NCBI GenBank assembly: GCA_000934665.2
Contig: JYFJ02003126.1
Location: 1-46,110, forward strand
Direction: 5' to 3'
Length of the DNA: 46,110 bases
Source of the DNA: Catajapyx aquilonaris
Taxonomy: Eukaryota
The notes below the pieces were generated by a model. The model was not told the origin of the DNA. It made no database searches and was given only the letters and a program-made list of their open reading frames with translations. The position numbers and the translations under genes were made by a program. Shown here piece after piece: positions 22,210 to 35,752 of this stretch (positions are counted from its first letter, which is position 1; each line of letters begins with the position of its first letter).

Positions 22210-23540
22210 GACCTTCAAAATCCGTATATGAGGAGCTTGCCAGCAAATCCAGATAAATCCTATATAGGGAATTTTTCAGGAGTGGCAAATAAGTGATTAA
22301 TCAATTCTGGTTGCAAAAGTGGCGGTGAAGTTATCATGTACAGCATGCTATCGGGATTGCCATTGTGTACACACAATTGTTTTTACTTCAATATGATTGT
22401 CATTGTTGGGTAGGGCATTGTTAAAAATGGATATATCTGATTTTGCATGGAAATGTATCAAAGTCCCGGATGTTTTTTTTACTGTACATTCTATGAGTTG
22501 TGTTAAACCACGTTAATTTTAAACTTTTAATGCCAGAAGAATCTATGGAACTTGAGCTCTCGGTTATTTTGTTGTTGACCATGATCACAGTTTGATAGAT
22601 CAGTTCTAGCATTTTTCCATCAACTTTGGCCATATTCATAAATACGTAATTTTGTTGTTCTAGGTTTCCAAAAGGATCTTCGTATTTGAGCTTATCTTTG
22701 TCGAAGCACCCGGTTTCACTTATGGGTATCTTAAAGGAGGAGAGGAAGCATCCTTTCATCGAGATAAATGAAAGTACTTTGCCTTCCATGGAAGTCCAGA
22801 GATTCTGCTTGATTGACTGCTTGTTTAAATCGCAAAGTAGTTGCTTGGATGTTAGATTGACCCTAAACATGGAATCATACGTGGGGCATATTATTGTGGC
22901 AAACAGTGTCTTTTGATAGGCTTGCATGACACGTTAGTAGATCATCCATTTTGTGGTTACACTTATCCTTATCCCAGGCTGGATCTGGAATTTTATCCCA
23001 CACAATTACCCCATGATCAGCGGTGTAGCAAAATGTCTGGTTGTACAAACAATGTCCAGAGAGTGGAATCAATGTCTTGATACTATAATCCCAGTGATCC
23101 ATGCTGACAGTGAGGTTTGATACAGAGATAATTCTGGATATGGCAGTTGATGTCCCTGTCCGCCCATGTGAGGCATGAACAATCTCTCCTAGCTGATTTC
23201 CGTTGTAACCTGATTGTCTCTTTTCATCTAACTCGCGTATATATTTTCTGCAATCAACTGGATCAACTGTTATCGGTTTCGGTTTGATGGTCTCAGTTTT
23301 TGCCCCGAAGAACCAGAACTTATACTTTGAGGTGTATTCCACTCCGTGACAATATGTAACATTTGATGTTCCAAGCTGAGGTATCTAATGACCAAATTCC
23401 AACCTGCACCTGGCAAGCGTTCAGAGATGATGTCAATTGGTCCTTATACCCTCCAATTAACTTCATCCACGGTTGTTGTAGGATTGGACTGGTTGCACCT
23501 ATTTTCCCACTACAGTTGTATATGGGGTGCAGATATTGGT
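22210..23540 (-). pseudogene. Second rhabdovirus-like class III glycoprotein G2 (frameshifted)
   Basis: HPIYNCS...(fs)VTYCHGVEYTSKYKFWFFGAKT...VDCRKY, CLYNQTFCYTADHGVIVWD, LWTSMEG and a helix-like EQQNYVFMNMAK...; about 400 codons. Confidence 0.7.
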
Positions 23541-23679
23541 TTTATTGCTGGTTCTTGCATTTGAATAAGTCGTCTACGTTGATTGCGGATTTTTCCAAAG
23601 ATGTCCCTGAACAATGGGTGTTAAGAATAGGGGAAAAAATTCATGTTGATGATATGAGGATGTTTGGTTTGTTGATTGG

Positions 23680-23920
23680 GCTGATGTTCTTTTCACTCAT
23701 TTCCGCGTCTAGCGCTAACTTCAGTGCCTCATTCAAATCTTTTGGCTTCAAAATGCTTAGCGTGTGCTTCGTCCTATCTGAAGCGAATCAACACATTTAC
23801 CGTTTCAACTTCTGCGGGAGCATCAGAAGATGCTTGCAGGTCCATTTGCATGCGGCGCAAAGTGGTCACAAGCTCATTAACCGACTGACCCGGATCCTGT
23901 CGGATCCCCTTAACTGGCTT
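23680..23920 (-). mobile_element. Gypsy gag capsid C-terminal fragment
   Basis: IRQDPGQSVNELVTTLRRM and LKPKDLNEALKLALDAE (own translation). Confidence 0.65.
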
Positions 23921-24079
23921 AACAGAACTGCCTTATTATAGGGAATATTCTGTCTGCGCAGTAGTAGCCAGTCACAATCCTAACAATTTCTGCAGCGGTG
24001 GTAGGCGTTGGCGCTTTTTGGTATCCCACTGTGCTCAGCACATCCTAACAGCATAGGATCCTCTTAATATCGCCTATCA

Positions 24080-24404
24080 AATCAGTAAATCTGGCTGGGC
24101 TAAATCTGTCCATAAACAGCTTTTTGAACACTGTCCAATCTGCTGCTTCCTTTGCTTCCGGTGTGAACATTACATAATCGGCTGCGGCGCCCGCTAACTT
24201 GAGCCTTACGCATCGTATCTTGTCCTGCTCTGTCCAGTTACTCAACCCACCGACAATGTCTATCTGTTCCAGAAATGCGCGGGCTGATTCGGAGGGCCTT
24301 CCTTCAAACGTATGCAAGGACATCAACATCCCCGTATTTATCCGGGCGACTGGTGGGGGCGGATCGGTAATTGTCGCCGTACTGGTACCGCCTGCTGCGA
24401 CCAA
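24080..24404 (-). mobile_element. Gypsy gag N-terminal fragment
   Basis: TFEGRPSESARAFLEQID...NWTEQDKIRCVRLKLAGAA...WTVFKKLFMDRF. Confidence 0.85.
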
Positions 24405-24527
24405 GTTACGTACTTAGGTCCGCATCGAACGGATTGTACGAGACATGTTCATAACCTGACCTGGGACCAGGAGTTCAGATCATTGGGACCAGTGGTCATC
24501 ACAGCCAATACAAAGTTTGAACAGACA

Positions 24528-24530
24528 AAA

Positions 24531-24577
<47 letters not shown>

Positions 24578-24578
24578 A
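24528..24578. repeat. (AAAT)n microsatellite
   Basis: About 12 tandem TAAA units. Confidence 0.95.
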
Positions 24579-25235
24579 AACAATAATAATATATTAATAA
24601 TAATAACAATAAATTCATAATATATAGATCTCTGCTGTGTGTCGCGCACTCGTAAAAGGACATGTATAGAGTCATACATCCCAGAGAAGACACTTAGAGT
24701 ATCTCTCATCTTGGCCTATGGAGAAAGTATAAAGAAGCCCCAACAAACAAACAACAAAATGTATAATGAAAGAAAAAAATAGGATATCCCTAAGAACATG
24801 TAGACGTCTGAGTTCACACACTTCGGCACTTGAGCCAACCCTACTAGTTAGTTAACTGGTCTCAAGGTATTATGTCAAGGTCATTTGCGGATTTGTAAAC
24901 TTGAGCTCTCCAATTGTCAGATTCTATATTTTCGCGCACTGTCCAGCACTGGAAGTCATCAAGTAATATGATATGAGGTACTCATTTGCAGAAGGAAAAT
25001 AAAATGTATTTAAAATTCCAAGTCACTGCCTTTATTACATACCGGTATGGTGTTCAAACAGACCTCATTACAGCTGTGGGTAAGTATTGAACGCAACATA
25101 CAAAAGATTTCAATTATTATTTTCAGTGTAATATAACCCATGTCATGAAACTTCAAAGTTCCACGAACAAATGTAAAAATAAATACAGTAACTTTTACAG
25201 TTAAATCTCGTTGGGTATGGCTTTCTTAAGCACAC

Positions 25236-25500
25236 CTATTTGCACAAAAATGGCAGTACGTGCTGAAAATAAACTTCAGTTAGCTTTTTCAATAGACTCG
25301 CAATAAACGCTTTATCTGCATGCACTGGTACAACCAGAATGCTTTTATCAGTGCTACATAATATAACAAAGTGACAGAATCCCAAATTCATCAGGGCCAT
25401 TCCTAACTGCACCTGTCCATAATACTGGTGTCTCTTCTTCAATGCTACATTCTCTCCCCCATAATCTAGATAACTTAAACATTTTTGTGAAATGTAGTGT
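25236..25500 (-). mobile_element. YqaJ/lambda-exonuclease-like domain fragment (ISL2EU/Kolobok-associated)
   Basis: LKKRHQYYGQVQLGMALMNLGFCHFVI. Confidence 0.75.
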
Positions 25501-27329
25501 TCAGGTAAACATCCTGGACTTGTGTGATTCTGCTTTTATCGCCCTTAAGAGGAAAAGGAAAACTAGCCTGCTGTGCTTTTTCATTCACTAGGGCTTTATT
25601 TATATTCTCACATTATTTCCCCTCATAGTAAAGGGTATATGAATCTGTCTGAGTCTGTCGCCATTCCATCCATTTTTTCATCTGATTTCTTATCTTCAGT
25701 TTCGTCACTCGTCGTGCTTGTCATGATCCTTTTTATTCCTCTGGGATGACAGGAAGAAGCTTCTTTAAGTCTGCTGGCTTCATTGGATTTAACTTCCTCT
25801 TTTCAGGATATCCCAGTGAAGCATTTTGCACTGCCAGGGACCTTGCTCTTAGTAAGGTTGAACCTTGCCTGTTGCATCCTTGAGATGAGTGGTGACGGTT
25901 ACAAAATCTGATCCCTCGTTATGTTCAAATATTTTGTAGCATCATCATCACCATCATCACACCTGTGTTGTTATCCTCTGAAAAACGCATTGACTCGTGT
26001 ACGGGTGTCAAAAACCAGATTTTTTTTTTGAACGTGTGTCGCTGTGCATCCTCTTCGGGCAGTTCCTGCTGTTAGGCGGCTTGGCAGGGGCCATAGATGC
26101 CTTATTCAATATTGTATTGTATTGAGTGGAATAAACTGGGACTAGGGTTGCAGGGCTACGCGAAGGCTAGATCAGTCCATAATAATTGGTTCCATATTAG
26201 TGCTCAACAACAGTTGATTAGTTACTGAAATAATCTTTCCCTGCATCAGTACTTTTACATTTCCTGGAATAAGTGAAACCAGAAATGCGAGAGTCAAGCT
26301 GGCAGGGCACCTCACAGACCAGCGTTGAAGTATGGGACGACTATTGTGGGGTTGCAGCTGGGGCCATTTTCTCTTGCATATAATTTTTTACACGGCGGAG
26401 TGCCTTCTCATAAGTATTGCTATGAGGACCACTAACTCCTCATTATGGTATAGAGTGGTACCGGCAGGAAGCCCATGCTTTGCACTGCCTGATATAATTA
26501 TGTCCTGAATCATTATAAATTATATGCTGGCTTCAAAATAAATTTAGCCAGTGTGCCTAATAATCCATCGCACACTCAATATTCTCAGGCATACCTCTTC
26601 TTTGCAGCCCAGTTGATGACTCCAAATATCCCAATTTCATGGAGAAGCCGGGCCACGTTATCATATATCTTGTTCATGAAGAAAATGAGTTCTTCAAAAT
26701 ATTTAGCTCCGCTCAACACCAACAGGAGGAGAAACATTCAGTGTAACATTCTGCCCCGTACCGTACCCTCGTTGTCTCTGCGCCTCTCAGTTGATCTTGT
26801 ATTGTCATGTCTCCAGCATGTCCTAGGGTTTCCCTCGCGACAGAAAACTCGCCCGACACTACTTACCTCTAATCGTGGTTAACTGAACTCACTAAACACA
26901 TGTACATTTCGGCGTTTTGAGTATGTCAGTATGGTGACTGAGACCATGTGTGCACACTGCACACCCTTGCGCAAGTTAATAGTAGCCTCGCAGAGAATAT
27001 CGTCCTCTTATGTACTGATGTTTCTTCCATTTTTTCTTGATTAGTGATAATATTATGCGGCAAAATGTTTTGTAACACCATCTTCCTCTTCCTCCACTAC
27101 TTGCAATCGCAGTACTTGAGTAACTACTGTTAGGCTGATGGCAGTTATTGCTTAACTCTGAGCTGTACTTATCATACTGAAAGATTGTTTATTCCAGTAC
27201 TACTTGCCACACTTTTCGCACAACTTGGATACATGGAAGTACTAATTTTTGAACATGTATTATTTTTTATGTGCTTTGTGAAATAACCATTATTCTGATA
27301 TTGCCTGTGACAATTTCCACACACCTTTT

Positions 27330-27700
27330 GATAGCTGCAGATGAGACCTTTTAATGTAGGAGTCAAGTACCAAATGGATGAACAGCATACTTTCGCAGAG
27401 GCATGAAGCTGATGTAATGATGGCATCGATGACCATACCCAGATTAGGGAATTATTCTAGTGGCATTTGTCGCCTGCCACTACATGTGTGACAAAGAGTC
27501 GACTTCTGACTTCGATTGGTGATGTTAAGTCTAGGCTCAATTTCCCCAGCAGGAAGATCACCATCGAAAAGTGGAGATGATGAGAGCATATTGTAAGTAC
27601 ATTCCTGAGGACCATGCCCGTCCCTTGTAGCATCAACAGTCCCTTTCCCTCTGTCCTTGGATGAGAGGTGGTTCTTCTCATCAGTGTGGTTCATGGTGTC
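27330..27700 (-). mobile_element. Academ-like transposase fragment
   Basis: SSPLFDGDLP...VV followed by IHLVLDSYIK; heavily decayed. Confidence 0.5.
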
Positions 27701-29899
27701 TTGAGGTTGGTCAATGAACTTTTGACTTTCATATTGTCATGCTTATTTCATTTTTTTCTCAACTAGTCACTCCCTTTTGCATGAACAATCTTTGTCACAT
27801 TCTCATGAAAGGCCCTACTTGCTCTGTTTGCATTTGCAATCCCATTCTCAATGCTCATGAACAGTTAGTCGTGTGTGTTTCCATCATCCTCGGCGTCCTG
27901 TCTTTTAGCACCTTGTTAAATTGGCCGATGGTGTCAATCTCGTTGCCTCGCAACCAGACGTAAGAGGTGGCACTCGATACTTGGCTATTGATAATGATTA
28001 ACAAAAGTCAGCAGTAAAGTCGCAAGCACCGTACACCGGTGTTGTCTCCGTCATCTTCCTCCTGTTTTTTTAAATGGAGTTGGCGGGGTGTAATTCCATA
28101 TCTTCTCTGGTGGAAAGTGAGCTCTGTCGCCCTTGATTTGGAGTAAATTTTGCCGAGGGAAACTATAGAATGAGCAGAATCTTAGGTCACAGGAAAGATA
28201 ACAGTCGCCAAGGTTGTTTGAGCTTGTTATGAACAATAGTACCAGATAGACACCAATTTGTAGTGTCACTCGGAGCACCGTGCCAACACCACAAGGGAAT
28301 AAGGAGGATTATCGGGGTGAAATGATTGTTAAGTGATTATTTTTCCTTCCATCTGCGGCACCTTGTGCCCTGTCTGATGGGGATATTTCTGCTAATCAGA
28401 CCCGCGGACCTCTTATGTGGTACACAATCCACGTTGCCATATGAAGACTACTTGGCAAACATAATTTTACATCCAGTTTAAACATAGGAGATAATGGAAT
28501 GAAGTATACACGAATTGTCGGAGGACATATTTCAGGAACACATTCTTGGGCGACTTCCACGATGTTCTTCTAGGTCGCAACCCTTACTGTCGATATGAAC
28601 TTCCTTCCAGGGCTGTATTATTATTATCTTTCTTCTCATGCCATCGGCCGCAATTCCCACCACCTTTGACCTGCCTTTAGTTTGGGCATGAAGGTGGATC
28701 ACCTATTTTGCCCCAGGAGTGCTCGCCCCCCCCTGTGGGCATCTGATTATTTTTGTAATTACATTATTATACATTGTGCACTAATACGATTGGTGAAAAA
28801 AATATATATTTTCGCCCTAGTCATGAATCAAACATGGAGATCTTGCATGTGATCAGAGGTGACCACTTTGTGTGTTTTGTTGGCAGATACTGTCGAGGCG
28901 ATACTTGGCTCTTTATGCCAATCAGTTTGCTGGTTTAGGCTGATTTTCTGCCCTGGAGAGTAATAATAATAAAGTATGTAGAACAATGAGGATTCTACCA
29001 TTAGATTACAAAGGGTTTCTCCTCCTTCTTGGAATCTAATACCATCTCCTGGTATATATAATACATTTGATCCATTTCTTAAATTTATTGGCATCCGTAC
29101 TAGTTTCAAAGGCGACATTTGATGCAAATATACTTCCTGTACTGTACATACCCATTTGATATGTCATAATACTGCTTATAGGCTCTGGTATTTTCCAGCT
29201 CTTTCCTGTCTCTCTCAATTGATTGTCGACAAAAGTAGTGGCGACTATTTTGTTCATATCCAACGAGTCATAGTGCATCAACCAATAACTCCAGGTAAAT
29301 ACCTGCCTCCTTCAACAAAGTTTCCACGCCAGTGAACCAGTCCCGATTCTTTCTCTTTTTTTCCCCCTGCCACTTATTTGATACTCAAAACTTTGGTTGT
29401 GATATTCACCAGTTCCTTCATTATGTACCTCAAAAATATCAATAGTCTCTCTAAAGATAAAGAGCTTCCCTGGAGAGTAGTACAGTACTGTGGTAGGTTC
29501 TGGCTGATTGCCTGCAGTAGTGTCGTCACCTCTAAGAGTTTCTTTAAGGAAGGGGGTACGTCCAATTTATCATTTACATTTGATATTAGAATATGAAAGT
29601 AAAAGTGAATTTATTTATGCATTATTATTTCATTTTAAATATCGGTGATCACTGTAGGCCAATACATCGAGCCGAAATTGAACTTTGGTACGGCAAGGCA
29701 CAATGGAGAAGTGATTTGTGCCAAGGACTCTACACGCAGCACGTACTCGAACCATATACTCCTGCATTGGAAATACAGAATCCGTGACATGTGTCCTGGT
29801 ATCCCATTTTCGTGCAGGTATTTGATACATGGTCTTCCTCTGGGTCTGCCTTGCATTGGGCGTGGATTTTCGGTATTCCTGTCTTCGTCGTCCCTGCAG

Positions 29900-30223
29900 T
29901 CCCTGCTCTACATAGAGATCTCCAGAATGGAGCTTCCTTATGGTACGTGGTGTGATTGCAAGATCTTTGAGTTCCTTATTGATAAGGATGGGGTATATCT
30001 CCCCGAAAGATGTTAGCGAAGTGGAGTGTATGATCAGGTAGCGCGGGATCCGACGCTGCCTGATCGGTTGGTCCATTGTAATTGAACTATCGGTCTTCCT
30101 CCTCTTGTTAGAGGAGGCGATCTGAGACGATGTCTCCGGTGCGGTACCCATAAAAATTGTCGGTACTATTTGCTCCCCCGTTCCCCGCCCACCTTCACTA
30201 CCGGAGCACTTTTGGGACGCCAA
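29900..30223 (-). mobile_element. LINE (I/Nimb-group) ORF1 N-terminal fragment
   Basis: PRYLIIHS....PILINKEL....IRKLHSGDLYVE. Confidence 0.7.
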
Positions 30224-31269
30224 GGCTACGGGGAGATTATACGCAGGTCGCCACCCGCTTGACCGTTGGTCTAGGCGGTTAACCAGCTACACCCGCCTAC
30301 TGCTCTAGTTGGCCTCCCAGAGCGCCAGTTTCACGTGCCTCCGGGGCCACATGTAGACCTTGGAACTGCTCCATAAATTTGGCGACGGCAACAGGCTCAT
30401 TCAGGATTCTGTGAACGAGGACATCACTCTGTATTTTCTTCTTCTTGAGGATGTTTTTTGGCAAGTGGTGAGGCGCCACTTTGGTTCGATGGCTTATTTT
30501 GCCATGATTGGTCCATCTGACTTCGGCTTGTTCAGCATTTAATGCGTGCCTAATCCACAGACTGTCACTAATTAAATCTCCCATACAAGATTATACATTA
30601 TACCAAAAATATGCTCTAGTTCATGGTTCCGTTTGGCTTGGTCCCTGGAAGCCCTGCAGAATAGGCATGTATTAAATAGTGACCGGCATGATGGCACCTG
30701 GCGAAAGTCCAACCATGATGCATTAGGTGAGGTGGGCTGTTCAGATACAAAGGAAAAGCACATTATTGCATTGCTACGCTTGGTTTGTTTAAGTAATAAC
30801 TATTTTCTCACTCTGTTCTCACTTTAAACAGTAATTGCAGTGCTAATTTCATCATCCTGGTCAATCACATACGTAGGGTTTGGCCACAGTCCTTGCCCCT
30901 TGATTTTCTTGTTAAATAGGCCGACTTTCTCAGTAATCTTCTTTTTATTTTCAGAACGGTCGTTTATCGCGGCCTTGCATGAAGTTTGGTATATCGTATT
31001 TAAGTTGATTGCGGCAGAAAGGGGAGTAAGGGATCCCCTAGTTCAGCAGTAGGTAAAGTGCAATCAAGGGAATTTACATCTGGAACCGAGGTGCTGGGAT
31101 TCTGATCCCATAACATTAATTTTTTCCAGTGTATTCCATTCACAATTGGCAGGTTTTTTTTCGCTTGTACTAATTTCATTACCTTGGGAATAGCCAAGCT
31201 AACAATAATGGAGATTGTGGACTTTAGGTGGACCTTGTGGGGGGTGTTGGTGCGATGGGGGAAAGGTGA

Positions 31270-31600
31270 TGCCGGCTGATACTTTCTTAGTCGGTCTTGG
31301 TGTACCAATCGTGTTTTTCCACTCCCAGTTGTTTCAAAATGGGAAAGGACTGGTCCACTTCTCTTAGGAACTGTATGGTCCATCCCATTGGCAAAAGAAT
31401 TTTTGACGGAGACCCACGGGGCACTGAGGTATATACAGTATAATAAGACCATGTCGCCTTCTCTTATGTACTTGGGTCTGCATCTCTTGCCATGGTGTTT
31501 TTTCTGTTTGGCAAAGGCCTCCCTCAGACGTTCCTTTGCGATTTGATACGCCTTTTGTATGGTTTTTTACCAGATTCTGGTTTGTATCCGTAATAGGAAT
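31270..31600 (-). mobile_element. Gypsy integrase C-terminal (GPY/F) fragment
   Basis: IQKAYQIAKERLREAFAKQK...EGDMVLL, WDGPY and VHQDRLRKY. Confidence 0.8.
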
Positions 31601-31649
31601 GTGCCTCTCTTTCTTGAATATGTCGTCTTGAATAATTATGTTGTGATGG

Positions 31650-31835
31650 TAGGGCCTCAGTAATAGTGGGAATAAGTCAGCAACCTACAGTTAATGCACG
31701 ATTGATTCTCAACAAATATTTCAGTACAATCAAGAACCACTTGAGTATTGCGGTAATTTTCCAAGCACTAGGGCAGGTTTTTCATCATCTTCTTGGAAAG
31801 CTATGGTATCAGACTTCTCAAATACGTGAGACATG
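31650..31835 (-). mobile_element. Harbinger/ISL2EU DDE transposase fragment
   Basis: NLP*CLENYRNTQVVLDCTEIFVENQSCINCRLLTYSHY (own translation, not in ORF track). Confidence 0.8.
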
Positions 31836-31884
31836 GCTTTCCGTGTTCTAGATACAACAATAGCGTAGAGGATGAGATTGGGAA

Positions 31885-32075
31885 GTAGTCATATGAGGCG
31901 AGCATGACGCTGCCACGTAACGTACGCGGCGACAATACCGACGGAGAAGGTTTCCGGGAGGCCAAGGAAGGGTTTGTGGTCAATGTATAGGAGCACATGC
32001 CGTCCATAAATATACTGGTGGAAATGACGCACACCCGAGAAGATGGCCAACGCCTCCTTGTCCAACTGCGCCAAA
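31885..32075 (-). mobile_element. Gypsy RNase H fragment
   Basis: AQLDKEALAIFSGVRHFHQYIYGRHVLLYIDHKP. Confidence 0.9.
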
Positions 32076-34689
32076 TTCTACACCCAGACACAACATATGG
32101 TTCATAATGGCACAATTGGGAGCACCTTTTTCTATGATGTTCATCATCCAGGAATTTTTATTAGGATTTAGGATCTAGAAGTTATTATGGAAAGGTATGG
32201 AAGTTATCTATAAACACCTTCAAGTTAATTCCTTTATATGACTACTCCTTGATGAGATCACGTATAACCATTTTAGCCAGAAGTTACAGTGGGACTTGTG
32301 GCTTAAGTGTTGCATGCATCAGTTGAAATGGTAATACACTGTCTTATTCTCTAAGCAGGTCTCTTGCTTCGTGACATTTTTAATTGATCCTGCTGCTTGC
32401 TCAATGCACGTGTAATGCGGTGTTGTAGGTTGGTCGACGGATGATTCCTATGTTGTATGTTTCAAACTGGTGCCCTTCAAACGTCGGATTGTTTTTGCAT
32501 GAAGAAAATGAAAGCATACCTGGACAGTAACCGTCCTACTGAAGAGGCCAGTTGGGGCTACATGCATTGAAGTCGCTTAGGAGCCATCGTCGCTGGTAGT
32601 TGGCTTTCCTGTCACATGTGTAGTTGGATGGCGAAAGAAATGTTATTGCATCCATCTTCGAGTTCTCTCTGGTCGAGAGTGATTCGTTGCGTGCTCCTGG
32701 ACCTGTTCCCATGGCGGATGCTATATAAAAATGAGATAAATGACCATGATTATCCGGGGGTCAGTGTCTCGTATTGTCTTACTTATCCAGGTTGACGCGA
32801 TGGAGGCCTTGATCAAGTTTTTCGATCACAAGTTGCCAGAGATACATAATTACTCGGTTGGCGATACATGACATTGACTATTCTCTCATCTGGACGACGA
32901 TCAGCCTTCCAGAATTCATCCTATACGCCAAATGGGGTTGGTGTGAACGTCGCACGACGCTATTCCATGAGCTTATCGTCCTTCACCTGTCGTGCAGTAG
33001 CATGTGGCAGTGTTTTCACCTCTGACGTATGCAGTGATGACGGTTGAACGAGCACTGGCAGACTCTGCATCTGTTCTGTCGAAATTGGTGAGCAAGACGG
33101 TTTCGTAGTTTTCCCATGGCGTCGTGGTATCATAATGAACGGACTTGAAGCACTCTTTACCCCGCTGTACATGTGAGGCGACCTCATGGTTACATGGGTC
33201 AGCAATGGACGCCCTGGAATTTCGCCCTGGACTTCCATAACGAAACTGTCGCAATGGGTCCTGTCAGGTGAAAAGCCAGGGTGTGTCACGTCTGGATATT
33301 ATTGTGCTGGACTTTCTGTATAATATTGATTGCAAGTGGATGGTGGGCTTCAGTAATGTATGAACAGCAGATGGAATCAGGCTCAGGGCAGTAACAGAGC
33401 ATTGATTTCTTGTTGTATGGTTGCTAGAAGAATAGTTATTCTGGTGTTGCTTGTGCTTGCACTGATCAAAGGGTAGCACTTTGAATTTTGATGCGCTTAA
33501 ATGCTTCGATATGTATGAAATTGTTACAAGTCAAAATCTAAACGCAAGCAGGTAGAACAAACCATATTTTGTGTTAATTTGGGTTGAATTATGAGAAAGG
33601 GATTAAGTTCTCGCCATATACTATTGCTTGGAGTAGGCCGTATGTGTTGTAGGAACCTGAAAATAAGGAGTAGGGTTGTCTTTTACAAGACAACAGCCAG
33701 CATCAATTGGATTGACACAAACCCAATAGGGCTGTGGGTGTGCCTGCAGTTGTCTTGGCTTTCCTTGCCACTACTGGACTAGATTATAAAAATTCGCTGA
33801 GCTGCCAGCACACCATTGTGGTTCATTTTATGCGTCGTTGCCTGTCACTCTACATCCTTCCTCATTGTTTACAGGATTGTGTCCTCTGCGTCCAACTGTT
33901 TCTTTCACTTGCCCCTCAACCTCATCACTTGTCAGGTCGAGGCTAGCAGAGTGGGACGCTCTTCTGGGGAATAACATGGGTTCCAATTATTCCCCTTTCT
34001 ATGTCATGGGTGTCGTCAGTTTTCTTGTCGTTATGAGTATAACATCTGAGTCTTAGCCACTTTCCTTTTAACCTTTGCACTGTTTCAGGCATTGAGAATG
34101 TTTAGACATAGTGTTATTTTGAGTGTATAAGAATAGGTATTTGTACAGTTGCGGATGGAATGACATTCCAACAATTCAGTAAGTTCATGTGGTTGCTATG
34201 AACTCCAAATTAGTTGAGCGATATCCAAGCTTGTGCCATGTAGTATTTTTCAATGAGGAAAGGAACCAGAAACACTTACGGTTAATGTAATTATGAACAA
34301 CTAGTTCTCTGAGCTTGATAGGAGGAAGTCTGTCGCTGAAGACCTGAAAGTTAGGATTTGACTTCAGAAGAATTACTGGGCGGAGGAGATTTAAGTGTCA
34401 CTTATGTAAGCTGAAGGCAGGTGACCAGTAAGTGTCTGTGGCAAGCATTCTCAATAAATGTATACAACTTCACCAGTTACAGCATGACAGTTGGCAAAAT
34501 GGTGATAGTGAGAAGCCTGCATTTTTCAAGGCTCGTGTTCACAAATGTGCGAAAGGTGGCCTGTAGATGTTGAAGCAAACTGCTTAATCAGTCACTTTTA
34601 CACTTGATTTCATCTCGGCATATTTTCTAAGTATGGCCAAAATACTCCAGGTGCAAGCTTGTTTGTATTGCTGTGATATTGCTATCGTC

Positions 34690-35671
34690 AGAAGGTGAAA
34701 GGCATTATGTGCATTTTCAGCAACTTTACAGGAGAAATTATTTTCCTGTCGATCTCCGCCTTTCGATTAGTTACATAACCCCTTTTAAAGGGTTTCCCCA
34801 CATGCTTTATTTAATGCTGAATCCATTTCTGACATCAGATTCGAGGTGGAATGCATATTAACCCCCCCCCCCCCTCCCCAGAGTACAAAATGCCTTTCAC
34901 CATCGGGGGAAACTGTGTACGGTAACCGACCGAATGGTGAAAGGCATTATACACACCCCGTAGTCGTTACAAATCTTATGAGTGTATATGTCACTCAATG
35001 TATTACCTACGCAGTGCAGTGAAGTGAAAAGAAGTTCTAGGTTGCCCATATTTATTAAGGAACATTATATTACATGACCTGAATACAACTTTACCGATAT
35101 TCCAAATAAAAGTTAGTTATTGCTAAACGAGAATGAGTTTGATTATTTAGGAACTATCATTCATAATATTGCTACTAAAATTCCGATAGAGGATCAGCCC
35201 TTTCGTCGGACTCAGGCAGTCTCTCCCAAAATGCCTTCCTGGTTGCAGGCATGTGTTTGCAGAGGGTCTCGAGAATCCTTCTCGTTTCTTGATGCCATTT
35301 ACACCCCTCGGAGTGCCTGCAGGAGCCTGTGGAAGGTGATGTCGTGCTTTCTTTTTCATCACCTCACACCTTTGCAATACCGTGTACTCTGCATGTTGGA
35401 ATGCAGTCTTGTAGCGAAAGGCATAGGAGTGTCGCTGGAATTTAATTTCACAAATTGACGAAAGCAGAGGCATGTCGTCATTTTTGGGCTTCCTGGCTCG
35501 GAATGTGTTCTCGAATTTGTAGATATCATCATCCGCAGTGAGCATTACTGCATTGTTGGGTACTGCGGCCTCCTTGCACACCTGTGCAAAGTCGGTGAAG
35601 TCATAAGCATTACCTACTTTCCGCATCCGCTGCTCGATCTTCCCAGGTATGCCATCGGCTGCCATGAACAC
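34690..35671 (-). mobile_element. Sola-type transposase C-terminus with GGTGAAAGGCAT subterminal repeats
   Basis: FMAADGIPGKIEQRMRKVGNAYDFTDF; GGTGAAAGGCATT direct at ~34693 and ~34936 and inverted at ~34890. Confidence 0.65.
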
Positions 35672-35752
35672 AGGAAGGGCTTTCCAATGTCATGCATGGT
35701 GAGATGTCTAGCCAGCACCGCCTTCCGGTTGAATCGAAGGTCGCACACCTGT
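35668..35752 (-). pseudogene. C2H2 zinc-finger fragment
   Basis: GQVCDLRFNRKAVLARHLTMHDIGKPFLC: C..F.....L..H...H plus a GKPF.C linker; first Cys missing. Confidence 0.6.

Noticed and set aside
23363..23941. 192-aa plus-strand ORF
   Set aside because: Antisense shadow of gag and G2 coding sequence.
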